Counted from the first letter of the stretch, positions 40,169 through 50,281 are shown. The stretch is 64,000 nt of DNA from an uncultured Pseudomonas sp. (GCA_963519325.1 CAUQPA010000001.1:1341-65340); one strand, 5' to 3'. Made by a program: numbers and translations. Notes: generated by a model not told the origin, from the sequence alone.

Positions 40169-40705
40169 ATGACAGCTCCAGAACCACTATGCCTATTCCT
40201 CTCCCGAGCCGATGCAGAACGGTTCCGGCCGGCGGCCGGCGGCCACCTGGTGTCTATCTCCGATGGGCCCGAAGACCTGGCGGTGATCGACGAAACCGAA
40301 TGGGAGAGCGTCAGCTACCACCACTTCATCGACGCAGGCTTCGATGAGGAGACCATCGCGCTGTACGGCAGCAATTTCGAACGCACCTTTCGGGACTACC
40401 TGCTGATGCCCAAGGCTGACGCGCTGCGGGACCGCCTAAATACTCTGGCGCAGCAGCGCGCATTCGTCGTGATCAACTGCCAAGCAGGCAGATCGCGAAG
40501 CGCAGCAGCTGCTGCCTATCTCCGGGATCGACACAGCTACCGTCTCGAAAAGCCGACGCCTGATGCGAACATGTGCGTGGTCCGCATGCTCTCCCGCGAC
40601 GCCTCGTTGATGGCCGCGTATCGCGAGGCCACGAGGCAAACAGAGCCTGCGCAGGCGCCTGGCGGCTTCCTGTCGATTATCAAGTCCATGCTCTCCAGGC
40701 TATAG
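40169..40705 (+). CDS. Cys-based (PTP-like) phosphatase
   Basis: CX5R loop NCQAGRSRS. Confidence 0.75.
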   Translation: MTAPEPLCLFLSRADAERFRPAAGGHLVSISDGPEDLAVIDETEWESVSYHHFIDAGFDEETIALYGSNFERTFRDYLLMPKADALRDRLNTLAQQRAFVVINCQAGRSRSAAAAAYLRDRHSYRLEKPTPDANMCVVRMLSRDASLMAAYREATRQTEPAQAPGGFLSIIKSMLSRL

Positions 40706-40764
40706 GAGACTCCGCTCAGCAGGTGGCCAAGAGACGCCGGTATCAGCAAGGCGCCTGGCCACCA

Positions 40765-41238
40765 TTAATCTTCAACGGCCCCGCGGCCACCTTTGTAAAG
40801 CTGCTCTCGGAAAACACGGTCTAGCAGCGCGCGATTCCGCACCGCCGCGGCCAGGTAGCGGGGCGAGATCTTGTCTCTCACCAGGCGATAGCCTTCGGTG
40901 GCCTCCCTGTGCAGCCAGACGTACGCGCCGATCTGGAATGCCAGAACTACCGAAGGCAGGATCGCCATCCACCAGCGCCAGCCGCCGGCGACGCTGACCA
41001 CCACGCTTAGAGACATCAGGACCAGCCCCCATGCCAGCAGGCCTTGGCGGCCGGCGAAGAAAGGCCGCGCCGATAGATAGGCGTGGATAGCGCCGACGCC
41101 CAGCGCTTCGCGCCGATCCAGAGTCTGCAGCTGTTGCAGCACTCGCTCGAGGTCCTGTTCGGCTGGTTCGTTCTTGAAATCGGGAAGCATCCCATAACTC
41201 TCGTTGGGGGAGTTGTAGTTCGCGAAGACAACGCGCAT
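40765..41238 (-). CDS. Hypothetical membrane protein
   Basis: Two TM helices; start uncertain. Confidence 0.5.
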   Translation of the reverse strand: MRVVFANYNSPNESYGMLPDFKNEPAEQDLERVLQQLQTLDRREALGVGAIHAYLSARPFFAGRQGLLAWGLVLMSLSVVVSVAGGWRWWMAILPSVVLAFQIGAYVWLHREATEGYRLVRDKISPRYLAAAVRNRALLDRVFREQLYKGGRGAVED

Positions 41239-41559
41239 CGCTCTGAGCGTTATCAGATAGCGTCAGCGAGGCCACTCAGATACGGACACTCGTTGCCAAA
41301 CCTGCGTCGCCGCAGGGCATTCGGCAAGGCAAGGCGTGGGTGAACTGGAGACCTGGATTGTACCCGTCCGCTGCGTCGCGGGGATCACCGGACAGTTGGG
41401 CCAGGACCCGGTCTGCAGGCATCGAAGGTACCGCGTACAGATGGAATGTGGGGTTCACGCCCCCAGGCGGGGCGAACTCGGCCTTGCATTTCCACGGGAG
41501 GCGGCAAGCTAGGCTCTGGCAGCGCCATGCTGCAAATTGCCACCGCCAAGGAGCGATGC

Positions 41560-42003
41560 ATGCCCTCACCGAACTGGACTCCCTCAACGCTCTACGACGC
41601 ACTGGCGTCTGGCGTTTCTGTCAGCAGCTTCGCCTTCGACGTCACCCTCCTGGACCAGCAAGACGCGATTCGCGTCGTACTGCCGGCGATGGGCGACCTC
41701 AAGATCTACATCGCTGTCGTCAACGACGTAGTCGTGGTCGACTCAGCCCTCGTGCCTGCTGAGGCGGTCAGCGACGCCCAGGCCTTCAATGCTGCGGTCC
41801 TTTCATCCCGCAGCCTATTCCCGCTTTCCGCTATCGGCCTCGAGACCGACGCTGACGGCACTGGCCATTACGTCATGTATGGCTCGCTGCATGCCGGCTC
41901 CGACCTGGCCACCGTACTGACCGAGATCTTCACGCTGGCAACCAACGTGCAAACCGCGGCCGCGACCTTCCAATCGTTCTTCAAGCAGCAGGATTCCCTA
42001 TGA
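41560..42003 (+). CDS. yjfI: YjfI/DUF2170-family protein
   Basis: GDL.IY, FN...L......PLSAIG, YVMYGSL, EI.TLA.N; precedes the PspA homolog. Confidence 0.8.
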   Translation: MPSPNWTPSTLYDALASGVSVSSFAFDVTLLDQQDAIRVVLPAMGDLKIYIAVVNDVVVVDSALVPAEAVSDAQAFNAAVLSSRSLFPLSAIGLETDADGTGHYVMYGSLHAGSDLATVLTEIFTLATNVQTAAATFQSFFKQQDSL

Positions 42004-42698
42004 CCAGCCCCTCCATCCTCTCCAAACTCGTCACCCTGTTCCGCGGTAAGGTCACCGAGGCCGGTACCGCGGTGATCGACGCCAACGCGACCACCATCAT
42101 CGACCAGGAAATCCGCGATGCTCGGGCAGCGATCGATCAAGGCAAGCGCGAGCTGGCCATCCTCATGGGCCAGCAGACCCTCGTGGAGCGCGAAATCGAG
42201 CAGCTGGAAGCGTCTATTCAGCAGGACGAGAAAGCGGCCCGCGCCGCCCTGGAAAAAGGCGCGCAGGACCTGGCAGAAGAGGTAGCAGGCCGGATCGCAC
42301 GCACCGAGACCGCCCTCGAAGGGAAGTGCAGCATGGCTGCGGACTATGCGCGCAATATCGCCTCCATCAAAGGCAGCCTCGATACCTCGGCCGGCACCAT
42401 CCAGCAGCTGGAGCAGCGTATCCAGGTTGCGAAGGCCCACCAGGTCACCCACAGCGCCCGGACGAACGCCTCTCTGGCCAGCGGACAGGCGAATGGCCGG
42501 ATGAAGACCGCGGTTGACTCGCTCGCACGCATGGAGCAGCGCCTGCAGCAGCAAACGGCGACTCAGGACGCTGCTGAGCAGCTGGCCAAGGAGGCGTCGG
42601 GTGCTGATCTCGACGAGCGCCTGAAGAATGCCGGCATCACACCCGGCAAGCAGAGTGCAGCCGCCGTGCTGGAACGACTGAAGCGGCCGTCCGCCTGA
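42000..42698 (+). CDS. yjfJ: PspA/IM30-family protein
   Basis: KLVTLFRG, DQEIRDA, coiled coil, A..VLERLK. Confidence 0.88.
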   Translation: MTSPSILSKLVTLFRGKVTEAGTAVIDANATTIIDQEIRDARAAIDQGKRELAILMGQQTLVEREIEQLEASIQQDEKAARAALEKGAQDLAEEVAGRIARTETALEGKCSMAADYARNIASIKGSLDTSAGTIQQLEQRIQVAKAHQVTHSARTNASLASGQANGRMKTAVDSLARMEQRLQQQTATQDAAEQLAKEASGADLDERLKNAGITPGKQSAAAVLERLKRPSA

Positions 42699-42887
42699 CA
42701 CCAGCGGGCCCGACACGGGATCAGGTATCCGGGCAGATGTTTCTGCCTCGGCTACCTGACGCTCTAGATCCCTCCATGTTCAGCATGGCCCCATTCTAAA
42801 GAGTGGAACCACTGGCGAAACTTTTTAAAACGCGAATGTGAATGGCTCGATTCCAACTATTTCGCTTCAAAACGATAGGTTTGACGT

Positions 42888-43142
42888 ATGAATGCTGACC
42901 ATACTGAAGAACTTGCACAAGCTCGTCGTGAGAAGCTGAAAGCTCTTGCGCGGACGAGCCTTTGGTTTATTCCTTTTACCCTAGGAACAATGATCGCAGC
43001 TCTGTATGAGATGAATAATACAGAAGGTACTATGCTCTCATTAATGACTCTTAACGTGGAAGTTTGTTCTTGGGCGGCACCGGGTTTCGCTATGTTCGCT
43101 GTGCTTTTTCGGTTGCTTCTTGCTAATATGCAAAAGCCCTGA
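42888..43142 (+). CDS. Small low-GC membrane protein
   Basis: Two hydrophobic segments in an AT-richer insert. Confidence 0.5.
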   Translation: MNADHTEELAQARREKLKALARTSLWFIPFTLGTMIAALYEMNNTEGTMLSLMTLNVEVCSWAAPGFAMFAVLFRLLLANMQKP

Positions 43143-43165
43143 AACACCTTTGACGAAGATCATGC

Positions 43166-43507
43166 GTGCCAAGCCAGACTTCGTTGGTCCAACGCTGGAC
43201 CCGTCTAGCAAGCCATTTAGCTGAAAATGGTCAAGCTTTAAAATTACTTTTTATCTTAGGACTCCTCTATATTTCTGCTGCTCTCTTGATGCTACTTGCC
43301 TACGTCGTCTTGGTGTTCACTATCATTCCACTGCACGATGTCCAGTCAATCGAGCAATTTTTCAACATCCTTATTACATACGTCTGGGGTGCGGCCTGCA
43401 TCGTCGCGGTCATCGCCATAGTGGGCATCTATCTTTTTGTATGGATCGAAAATCGCAATGACGCGAAGGAAGAAGAGGAGAAATCCAAGCTCGCAGGTAG
43501 GGAGTGA
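43166..43507 (+). CDS. Small low-GC membrane protein
   Basis: TM-LHDVQSIEQF-TM. Confidence 0.55.
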   Translation: MPSQTSLVQRWTRLASHLAENGQALKLLFILGLLYISAALLMLLAYVVLVFTIIPLHDVQSIEQFFNILITYVWGAACIVAVIAIVGIYLFVWIENRNDAKEEEEKSKLAGRE

Positions 43508-43514
43508 TGCCGAG

Positions 43515-43700
43515 ATGATCCTAAGGGTGCTCATCGTTCTTATCTGCACGATAGCGGTCCCGACTATCGTAGTGCTGCACGACATTCAATCTGCAGAGCA
43601 GTTTGTCCGGATTTTCAGCATATACATGCTGGCAGCGATACTGGTTCCAGCAGTGCTTTACGGTATTGCTCGCTGTGCACTCGCCTGGCTAGACAGATAG
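43515..43700 (+). CDS. Small membrane protein, paralog of the preceding ORF
   Basis: TM-LHDIQSAEQF-TM; GGAG upstream. Confidence 0.5.
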   Translation: MILRVLIVLICTIAVPTIVVLHDIQSAEQFVRIFSIYMLAAILVPAVLYGIARCALAWLDR

Positions 43701-43927
43701 ACCAACCCCCGCGACGACCACGCCAGTCTGCGCTATCTCATGCCTGGTCACGCTTGGTGGGGTGATGCCCTGGCGCTCGTCACCCGGTTCACGCCCTGTC
43801 CCGGGGCGAACTCGCCACCCCTTCGGAGCTTGCATATTTACCTTTGCCGGTAGCGTGATCCTGCCGGCGACGCGTAACGGACCTTGCCGGCGGCCATCAG
43901 CCATTCCCACCGTCACGAGGATCCTCA

Positions 43928-44572
43928 ATGTCACTCTTGCAACGTATCCGCAGCGCACTGGGTTTCAGTGCCATGCCTACCGGCCAACTCGTCGTAGGCT
44001 ATCCCCTGGATTTGCGCGAGGGTCTTCCCCTCACCATCGACCCCCAGCTAGCCAGCGCCATGACTGGCCTGACGCTGGTCACCTTCCCCGGTGCGCAGCC
44101 CATTGAGAACATCGGCGTCATTGACCTCGGTGCTGGCGCGCAGCTCTACCGGGTCTACCTTGCCGATGAGGACTACTGGCTCCAGGTGCACACAGAGCAC
44201 GGGCAGGTCGAGTCGATCGTCCTGTTCAATTACCTCAGTTGGTTGCCCATGGAATCGCAAGACCACCTCCTGCAGACCGCCGGCCCGGCTAGCCCCATCG
44301 GCCGCCCCACCTACCTGCTCGACGGCGTCACCTTCAGTCGCGACTGGGGTACCGCCGGCAATCAAGCAGAGCTCCAGAGCTTTACCGAGCGCTTTCCTCC
44401 AGCAAACCACGAACGGGACCAGGTGCAGCACCGGGCCATGCTCTACAGCCGTGACCTCGGCATTCCTGGCCGGCGGGAATTTCTGCTGTTCTCAGTCGAG
44501 GAAAACGCCCTGGGCGAGGTTTCCGTTTCAACCTCGCGCGGCCTGACGCTCTTCGCTCACGACCTCATCTGA
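43928..44572 (+). CDS. yjfK: YjfK/DUF2491-family protein
   Basis: G.IDLG....L.R.YL, WLQV, MLY.R, REFLLFSVEE. Confidence 0.8.
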   Translation: MSLLQRIRSALGFSAMPTGQLVVGYPLDLREGLPLTIDPQLASAMTGLTLVTFPGAQPIENIGVIDLGAGAQLYRVYLADEDYWLQVHTEHGQVESIVLFNYLSWLPMESQDHLLQTAGPASPIGRPTYLLDGVTFSRDWGTAGNQAELQSFTERFPPANHERDQVQHRAMLYSRDLGIPGRREFLLFSVEENALGEVSVSTSRGLTLFAHDLI

Positions 44573-44587
44573 ATCAAGGATTGACCC

Positions 44588-45025
44588 ATGCTCGACGCTC
44601 TGCAACTCACCCTGACCCTGTCCCTGAATCCGACCGCCCTGCTGGGGTTCGTCCTGTACGTGGCCACCGCCTGTGTCCTGCTGGCCCTGTTCCAATTCGC
44701 CTACACCAAGGTGACCCCGCACAACGAATGGGCGCTGATCCGGGCAAACAACACCGCAGCGGCCATCGCCCTGGGCGGCGCCATCATCGGATTCGCCTTG
44801 CCGGCCAGCAACGTCATCGCCTATTCCGTGAACCTCCTGGACTTCGTCGTCTGGGCGGTCCTGGGCGCCTTCATCCAGTTGGGCGCGTTCTTCGCGACCT
44901 CACTCGTGCTGCGGCCGCTGCGTACCCGAATCGAGAGCGGCGAAATCGCGGCCGGCGTCTACGTCGCGGCGGTGGCCATTGCCGTGGGCCTGATCAACGC
45001 CGCCTGCATGACGCCCAGCGCCTAA
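44588..45025 (+). CDS. yjfL: YjfL/DUF350 membrane protein
   Basis: YT.VTPHNEW.LI..NN.AAA, GLINAACMT. Confidence 0.88.
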   Translation: MLDALQLTLTLSLNPTALLGFVLYVATACVLLALFQFAYTKVTPHNEWALIRANNTAAAIALGGAIIGFALPASNVIAYSVNLLDFVVWAVLGAFIQLGAFFATSLVLRPLRTRIESGEIAAGVYVAAVAIAVGLINAACMTPSA

Positions 45026-45036
45026 GGAAGAACGCC

Positions 45037-45819
45037 ATGAAACGCAGTTCACGTGTCCAACTGTCCTTGCTCGCCGTAGCCGTCGTATCGGTCAGCGGCT
45101 GCGATGCCCCGGAGAAAGGCCAGGTCCTCAACAAGGTGGCGTCCTTCGACTCCGTGAAGCAGTGCGTCGACGCACGCATTCCGGATAACATCTGCGCCGA
45201 GTCCTACATGGACGCGCTGGCCGAGCACAAACGGCGCGCGCCCACCTATGACACCCAGGCGCAGTGCGAGGAAGACTTCGTCGCCGGCTACTGCGAAACG
45301 GCTGATGCCGGCAAGTTCGCGCCGAAATTTGGCGGCTTCGAGATCGCCGCCAGCGGGCGTGCTACCGAATCGCAGATCGCCGCGGCGCAAGCGGCGGCAA
45401 ACAGCAGCCATGCGGGCGGCTCGAACGACGGCCTGCTCACCGGTCTGCTGATCGGCAGCATGCTCAACAACGGCGGGACCAGCCGCTTCAGCGAGCCGGT
45501 CTACCGCTACCGGGATGATCGCGGTGGCTTCGCCTCCTCCAGCCTCAATCGACGCATCGAGACGGGATCGCATTTCAGCAATTCGACCCAGGCTCGCACG
45601 AGCAATGCCTACACCGCGCCAGCGCCCCGGGTGAGCAGCGGCTACACGAGTCCGCCGTCTACCAGTCGCTATTCCAGCTCCCCCAGCACCAGCTCTACCA
45701 GCTCGATCGGCAGTAGTCGGTCCTCCATAAACACCTCCGCCGCTACCTCGCGTGGTGGCTTTGGCGGCAGCGCCGTTGCGAGAGCAAGCGGCTTCAGCGG
45801 CGGCAGCTTCGGCGGCTAG
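45037..45819 (+). CDS. yjfM: DUF1190 (YjfM/YgiB) lipoprotein
   Basis: Lipobox VSGC, four further Cys, AP.Y....CE, Ser-rich tail with SRGGFG. Confidence 0.85.
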   Translation: MKRSSRVQLSLLAVAVVSVSGCDAPEKGQVLNKVASFDSVKQCVDARIPDNICAESYMDALAEHKRRAPTYDTQAQCEEDFVAGYCETADAGKFAPKFGGFEIAASGRATESQIAAAQAAANSSHAGGSNDGLLTGLLIGSMLNNGGTSRFSEPVYRYRDDRGGFASSSLNRRIETGSHFSNSTQARTSNAYTAPAPRVSSGYTSPPSTSRYSSSPSTSSTSSIGSSRSSINTSAATSRGGFGGSAVARASGFSGGSFGG

Positions 45820-45829
45820 GGAGAACACC

Positions 45830-46984
45830 ATGCAACGCATTGCTCATCAAGAACGACCAGACTGGCAGGCCCGGGCCGAGCGCAACGGTTTCAAGTTTCA
45901 CACCATAGAGGGGGAGCGCTACTGGGACGAGCGTCACTACTACGCCTTCACCCTCGACCAGGTCGAGAAGGACCTCGAGGCGCCCACCGAAGAGCTGCAC
46001 CACATGTGCCTTGACCTGGTAGGCCGTGTTGTACGCGATGAGCAGTTGCTGAAGCGCCTGGGCATCCCAGAGGCGTTCTTCGACCCGATCGCAGAATCAT
46101 GGCGAGAGGGGCATCCGCACCTCTATGGCCGCTTCGACCTGGTCTACGACGGCAAGCGCCCGGCCAAGATGATCGAAGCCAACTACGACACCCCCACGTC
46201 GATCTACGAAGCGGCAGCGTTCCAATGGGACTGGCTTGAGGATGGCATGGCGCGCGGCCTGCTCCCCCAAGGAAGCGACCAGTTCAACAGCATCGAGGAA
46301 AGACTGGGCCAGGCGTTCCAGGCGCTGCGCCTGAAGCACCCCTTTTACTTCGCCTCCATCGACGGCTCCGAAGAAGACAAAGGCACCTGCGATTACCTGC
46401 GCGCTGTTGCCGAGAAGGCCGGCCTGCAGACCGAACACATCTACCTGCAGGAGATTGGCCTGCAGGAAGGTCGCTTCGTCGACCTGCAGGACCGGTGGAT
46501 CCCCCACCTCTTCAAACTGCACCCCTGGGAGTTCATCTTCGAGGAAGACTTCGGCGCGGCGGTGGCCAAGTCGGACACCCAGTTCATCGAGCCCATGTGG
46601 AAGGCCATCATCTCCAACAAGGGCATGCTGCCGCTGCTTTGGGAGATGCACCGCGGGCACCCGAATCTGCTGGAATGCCACGTCGACACGACGCGCTCCG
46701 CCCCGGTACCGCCGGGCTGGGTGCGCAAGCCGTTCTTCTCGCGTGAGGGCTCGAACATCGAGCTGCACACCGCCAACGGCGAACGCGAGGTCGTGGATGG
46801 CCCGTACGGCGATTCGCCTCAGATCCTGCAGCGCTGTGCGTCGCTGCCACGCTTTGGCCAGGACTACACCCTGATCGGCAGCTGGGTGATCGGCGATTGC
46901 GCGGCTGGGATCGGTATTCGAGAGGACAGCACCTTAGTGACCAAGGATAGCTCGCGCTTCGTGCCACACCTTATCAAAGCCTGA
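45830..46984 (+). CDS. yjfC: Glutathionylspermidine synthase-like ATP-grasp ligase (YjfC/YgiC)
   Basis: YWDE, LYGRFD, E.N.DTPT, DQFNS, EP.WK...SNK, KPFFSREG, GIRED. Confidence 0.92.
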   Translation: MQRIAHQERPDWQARAERNGFKFHTIEGERYWDERHYYAFTLDQVEKDLEAPTEELHHMCLDLVGRVVRDEQLLKRLGIPEAFFDPIAESWREGHPHLYGRFDLVYDGKRPAKMIEANYDTPTSIYEAAAFQWDWLEDGMARGLLPQGSDQFNSIEERLGQAFQALRLKHPFYFASIDGSEEDKGTCDYLRAVAEKAGLQTEHIYLQEIGLQEGRFVDLQDRWIPHLFKLHPWEFIFEEDFGAAVAKSDTQFIEPMWKAIISNKGMLPLLWEMHRGHPNLLECHVDTTRSAPVPPGWVRKPFFSREGSNIELHTANGEREVVDGPYGDSPQILQRCASLPRFGQDYTLIGSWVIGDCAAGIGIREDSTLVTKDSSRFVPHLIKA

Positions 46985-47014
46985 TCGGGTTAATCAAATA
47001 GATAGGACGCCTAC

Positions 47015-47914
47015 TTGGATATCTGTTTTAAACTCATTGAAAAAGCCACGCTCTCAGAATGGCTATCATTTCTGGTAATAATACTTGGTGTCACGCTATC
47101 AGTCTTTTGGGGTTTTGTAATTGCATCAAACTTGAAGTCTTTCGACCCACCGCTGATATGCCGTAGCCGCATTTTCAGGCTGCTCATGTCTCTGCACGGT
47201 AAGTACCTGGGCATTCCTATAAGCGTCACGTTACTGATGGCAGGGTGGGTGCTCCTGGTAGATAATTTTCGCTTTCTAATTGTCTGTCAAAATCCCACGC
47301 AGCCAATGGACGTACTGGGTCTCTTTACTTGCTTTTTCGTTCCGCTCGTCTTATGGTTTTTTTTTGCTCGTGGTCAGGGATTGCCGTTCCGCCTAAACGA
47401 GTCTCTGAGAATGTCGTGGGATCGGAAAAATCAGCTACAACTGCATTTGAGCGGGCCTGTACCCCGAGCGATTTCAAAGAAATATATTCTGAAAACGGCA
47501 CTTGAGCTCCACAGCCATCTCACCCAACTCAGAAGGCACAATATCTACAATACGACAGTATTAGAGAGTTGGCTTTTCTTGAGAAAAGCAATCACGGTCA
47601 GCCCCCGTTTGATTCAACTTCGCCAAAAGCTTTATTTCGCGGATCTTCACATTGCTCACTCCAGAGCAGAACATGTGCAAAATAAGCCAAAACGACTGGC
47701 GTTGCTATTCGTATTAAAGCTTCGGATCGTTGGTCGTCTTATCCTGTCGAGCCAAGAGATATATCAGCTGATGAGCCAGATATGTGTTGAGGACCTTATG
47801 CTCGACGGAGCAGACCATCATCGCAGGCCTCAGGGGGATGCCGAGATTTTTGTGCAATCTTTGTCACTGCTTGATAGCAGCTATAGATTTGAAGAACGGC
47901 CTATAAAAAATTAA
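47015..47914 (+). CDS. Low-GC membrane protein, possibly 3'-frameshifted
   Basis: Three N-terminal hydrophobic segments, TTG start; AT-rich relative to flanks. Confidence 0.5.
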   Translation: MDICFKLIEKATLSEWLSFLVIILGVTLSVFWGFVIASNLKSFDPPLICRSRIFRLLMSLHGKYLGIPISVTLLMAGWVLLVDNFRFLIVCQNPTQPMDVLGLFTCFFVPLVLWFFFARGQGLPFRLNESLRMSWDRKNQLQLHLSGPVPRAISKKYILKTALELHSHLTQLRRHNIYNTTVLESWLFLRKAITVSPRLIQLRQKLYFADLHIAHSRAEHVQNKPKRLALLFVLKLRIVGRLILSSQEIYQLMSQICVEDLMLDGADHHRRPQGDAEIFVQSLSLLDSSYRFEERPIKN

Positions 47915-48001
47915 ATCTGGTCACAGTATTCATGTTGATCATCCACTACCCACACATCGTAAAATATTTCGTACCCTTCTCTACGGGTATCGAAATCAAA
48001 T

Positions 48002-48030
48002 AAAAAAGCCCGGCAATGCCGGGCTTTTTT
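48002..48030. terminator. Bidirectional intrinsic terminator
   Basis: AAAAAAGCCCGGC-AAT-GCCGGGCTTTTTT between convergent genes. Confidence 0.85.
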
Positions 48031-48035
48031 ATTAA

Positions 48036-48575
48036 TCAACCACTAGCCGTGCAAGCTCGGACAAGGCCATGAAGCCCCAGCCCGATCTCGTCGGCAGGCA
48101 CATCGAGCCTGGCCAGCTCGAACCCGAACTGGCAGACCCGTGCGTAGCTGCTAACGCTGGGCACGGCAGGGGTTCGCAATTCCCGGCCGGAGCCGAGCAT
48201 CACGATGTCCTCCGCCGGCGCCGGAGCGCCATGCGCCTTCAGCGCGTGCATCTGCTCATCAAGCGACCAGCCGAACAGCTGACCGTAGTGCTCAACGACC
48301 TCCCTGATCTGCCAGACCTCGTCCGGCCGAACAGGGAAGGCGCTCCAGTCGATCCAGCCTTGCAGCCGGAACACGATCTCCTTGGGGTTGCCCCAGGCGA
48401 CCGTGCATTGCACCCGGCGTAAGGCAAAGGTACCTACGGCTGCCTGATGTACCTGGTCGCGAAGGTTGTGCTCGTCGAAGTCATGAACGTCGGCGATGCC
48501 CATCCCGACATAGGCGGTCAGCGTCGAGCCCTCGATAGGCCAGATGTTGCCGTTGGCGAAGCGTGCGTAGTGCAT
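48036..48575 (-). CDS. Hypothetical protein
   Basis: AGGAG RBS before ATG 48575. Confidence 0.6.
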   Translation of the reverse strand: MHYARFANGNIWPIEGSTLTAYVGMGIADVHDFDEHNLRDQVHQAAVGTFALRRVQCTVAWGNPKEIVFRLQGWIDWSAFPVRPDEVWQIREVVEHYGQLFGWSLDEQMHALKAHGAPAPAEDIVMLGSGRELRTPAVPSVSSYARVCQFGFELARLDVPADEIGLGLHGLVRACTASG

Positions 48576-48640
48576 GGGTGTTCTCCTGGATCTCCAGCTG
48601 CGTCCCATAGCGGGGCGCAGCCGTCACGTCCGTGTGATGG

Positions 48641-48874
48641 TCAGAGGATGATGCGACGCGCGCTTGCCGGTACCGGGCGGGCGGCAGGTGCGTTCAGTTC
48701 GATCCAGTTGCACTGGTAGGTGCCGGCTATTGCCTGGCAGACCGGCACGATCCGCTTTGCCTGGACCAGGGATCCGGGGCCGGCAGGCGTTACAGGTGCG
48801 CTGGTGCAGCCGAGCAGCGTGCAGGACGCCAACACGAAGGTGAGGAGGAACAGGAGAAAGCGAGATTTTTTCAT
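48641..48874 (-). CDS. Small putative lipoprotein
   Basis: MKKSRF-hydrophobic-LLGC; ends ARRIIL. Confidence 0.55.
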   Translation of the reverse strand: MKKSRFLLFLLTFVLASCTLLGCTSAPVTPAGPGSLVQAKRIVPVCQAIAGTYQCNWIELNAPAARPVPASARRIIL

Positions 48875-49070
48875 GAAAGGTCTCATCGATGGACGGACCT
48901 TTCCCCATACGGGGATTGGCCCGTATGGGTGGGAGAGTGCTGCAGAGCAGCTGAGGGTGGCCGAATGGCCGTCTGGACCGCAACGCATGTTGCAGATCAA
49001 GAACCTCGATTCTACGACGCGCCAAACGCTCGGTCCAGAGGCGTTCCAGGGCCACAGCCAAAACGCCTGA

Positions 49071-49892
49071 TCAGTCCAGAAAGAGCTTGCGGCCTGACTG
49101 GGATTGCTCGCTGACCACCTTCGCTGCGGACGGCGGCTGCGCCGCGGTAGGTAGCTCGGGCGGCTCGGTCAAGGCGGAGCGCCTTGACCGAGTCTGCACC
49201 GCCGCCAGATTGGTCAGCGAGGGCGGTCCGCTCTCCACCTGAGGTGCTGCAGACCGCGCGCGCGCAGTCGCGGCGTAGGCCTCAATCAGGTCATTCTGCG
49301 AGCCACGTCGTATGGCGGTACGCCGGCTCTCCCACCAGGCAAGGCCTATAAAAAATGCTGCTAGCAGCACGGCGAGACATAAGGCTACCGCAAGAAGAAG
49401 CATCGCCTGTGATCGCCCGGCTACATCGGCTTCGGTAGGCACCGCCACGGCGATGTCCTCCAGCGAATCCTGCATGTGCAGATCTGTGGAAGATGGATAG
49501 GTGACGGATAAGAGCAAACCCGGGTTAGCCCTGCGCGAGCGGGTCATCTCATTGAGGGTTCCATTGCCCCCGGAAAGCCGCTGCACAGTTTCATCCAAGG
49601 TGAAGGTCTTGCCGGTGACCGTTCCGCCGAGGAAGTGATTGAGACCATCAGGATCCAGGACGCGGCACACCAGCCCGCTGGCGCGCTCGATGTACCGCCC
49701 TGGGCAGATTTGAACCTCATCTGATCCGTCAGACTTCGTCACTACCCGGTATTGATCGTCGGCGATGAAATACGCCCTACTGGCCCCAACGCTCGGCTGA
49801 CTACGTGGTTCCAGATCTGGAAGTGCGGCAAGCACAGACGACGTAGTGAAGCCGAGCAGAGCGAAACAGAAAACGTGCAGTCGGGTCACCAC
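49071..49892 (-). CDS. Signal peptide plus single-TM protein
   Basis: Signal, extracytoplasmic domain, TM, Pro/Ala-rich tail ending GRKLFLD. Confidence 0.6.
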   Translation of the reverse strand: MVTRLHVFCFALLGFTTSSVLAALPDLEPRSQPSVGASRAYFIADDQYRVVTKSDGSDEVQICPGRYIERASGLVCRVLDPDGLNHFLGGTVTGKTFTLDETVQRLSGGNGTLNEMTRSRRANPGLLLSVTYPSSTDLHMQDSLEDIAVAVPTEADVAGRSQAMLLLAVALCLAVLLAAFFIGLAWWESRRTAIRRGSQNDLIEAYAATARARSAAPQVESGPPSLTNLAAVQTRSRRSALTEPPELPTAAQPPSAAKVVSEQSQSGRKLFLD

Positions 49893-50281
49893 TATGCTCC
49901 AGCCCCGTGATCAATTTGGGGCAGGTGCTTGCCCTGGGCCCAGATCAGATGCTTCTCGAAGGCGATCGCCTCGTGCCGCTCAATGAATGGGCCGTACCGC
50001 TTCTCGTCGACCAGAACGAGCCAGGCGCACCGCCAGGTCCTGGTCCAGGCGGCAAGCTTCGTCGACTCTCCTGCGACGCTGCGAATGGCGCCGAAGAACA
50101 GCCGTTTCAGGGCGCCGGCCGGTACCACGTGAGAAACCCGCTTGCGCTCAAATGACTCGAGCTGCAGGCCAGCAAAGCTCACTTCGTCCTGGAAGCCGGT
50201 CACCGTCCCTGCGGAAATCACGATGCGGCTGGGCGCTGCGGCCCGGCCGCCGGCAGATTGCCGATGCACGGAGCTGGTCAT
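49892..50281 (-). CDS. Hypothetical protein of the AAA/DUF1257 operon
   Basis: R.SHV.P and GPF..R.EA.A.E motifs; translationally coupled. Confidence 0.6.
   Translation of the reverse strand: MTSSVHRQSAGGRAAAPSRIVISAGTVTGFQDEVSFAGLQLESFERKRVSHVVPAGALKRLFFGAIRSVAGESTKLAAWTRTWRCAWLVLVDEKRYGPFIERHEAIAFEKHLIWAQGKHLPQIDHGAGA

Noticed and set aside
48597..48621. Dyad GCTGCGTCCC-N5-GGGGCGCAGC as another regulon box
   Set aside because: Too close to the 48575 start codon to fit the 27-nt plus -10 geometry; more likely an RNA hairpin.
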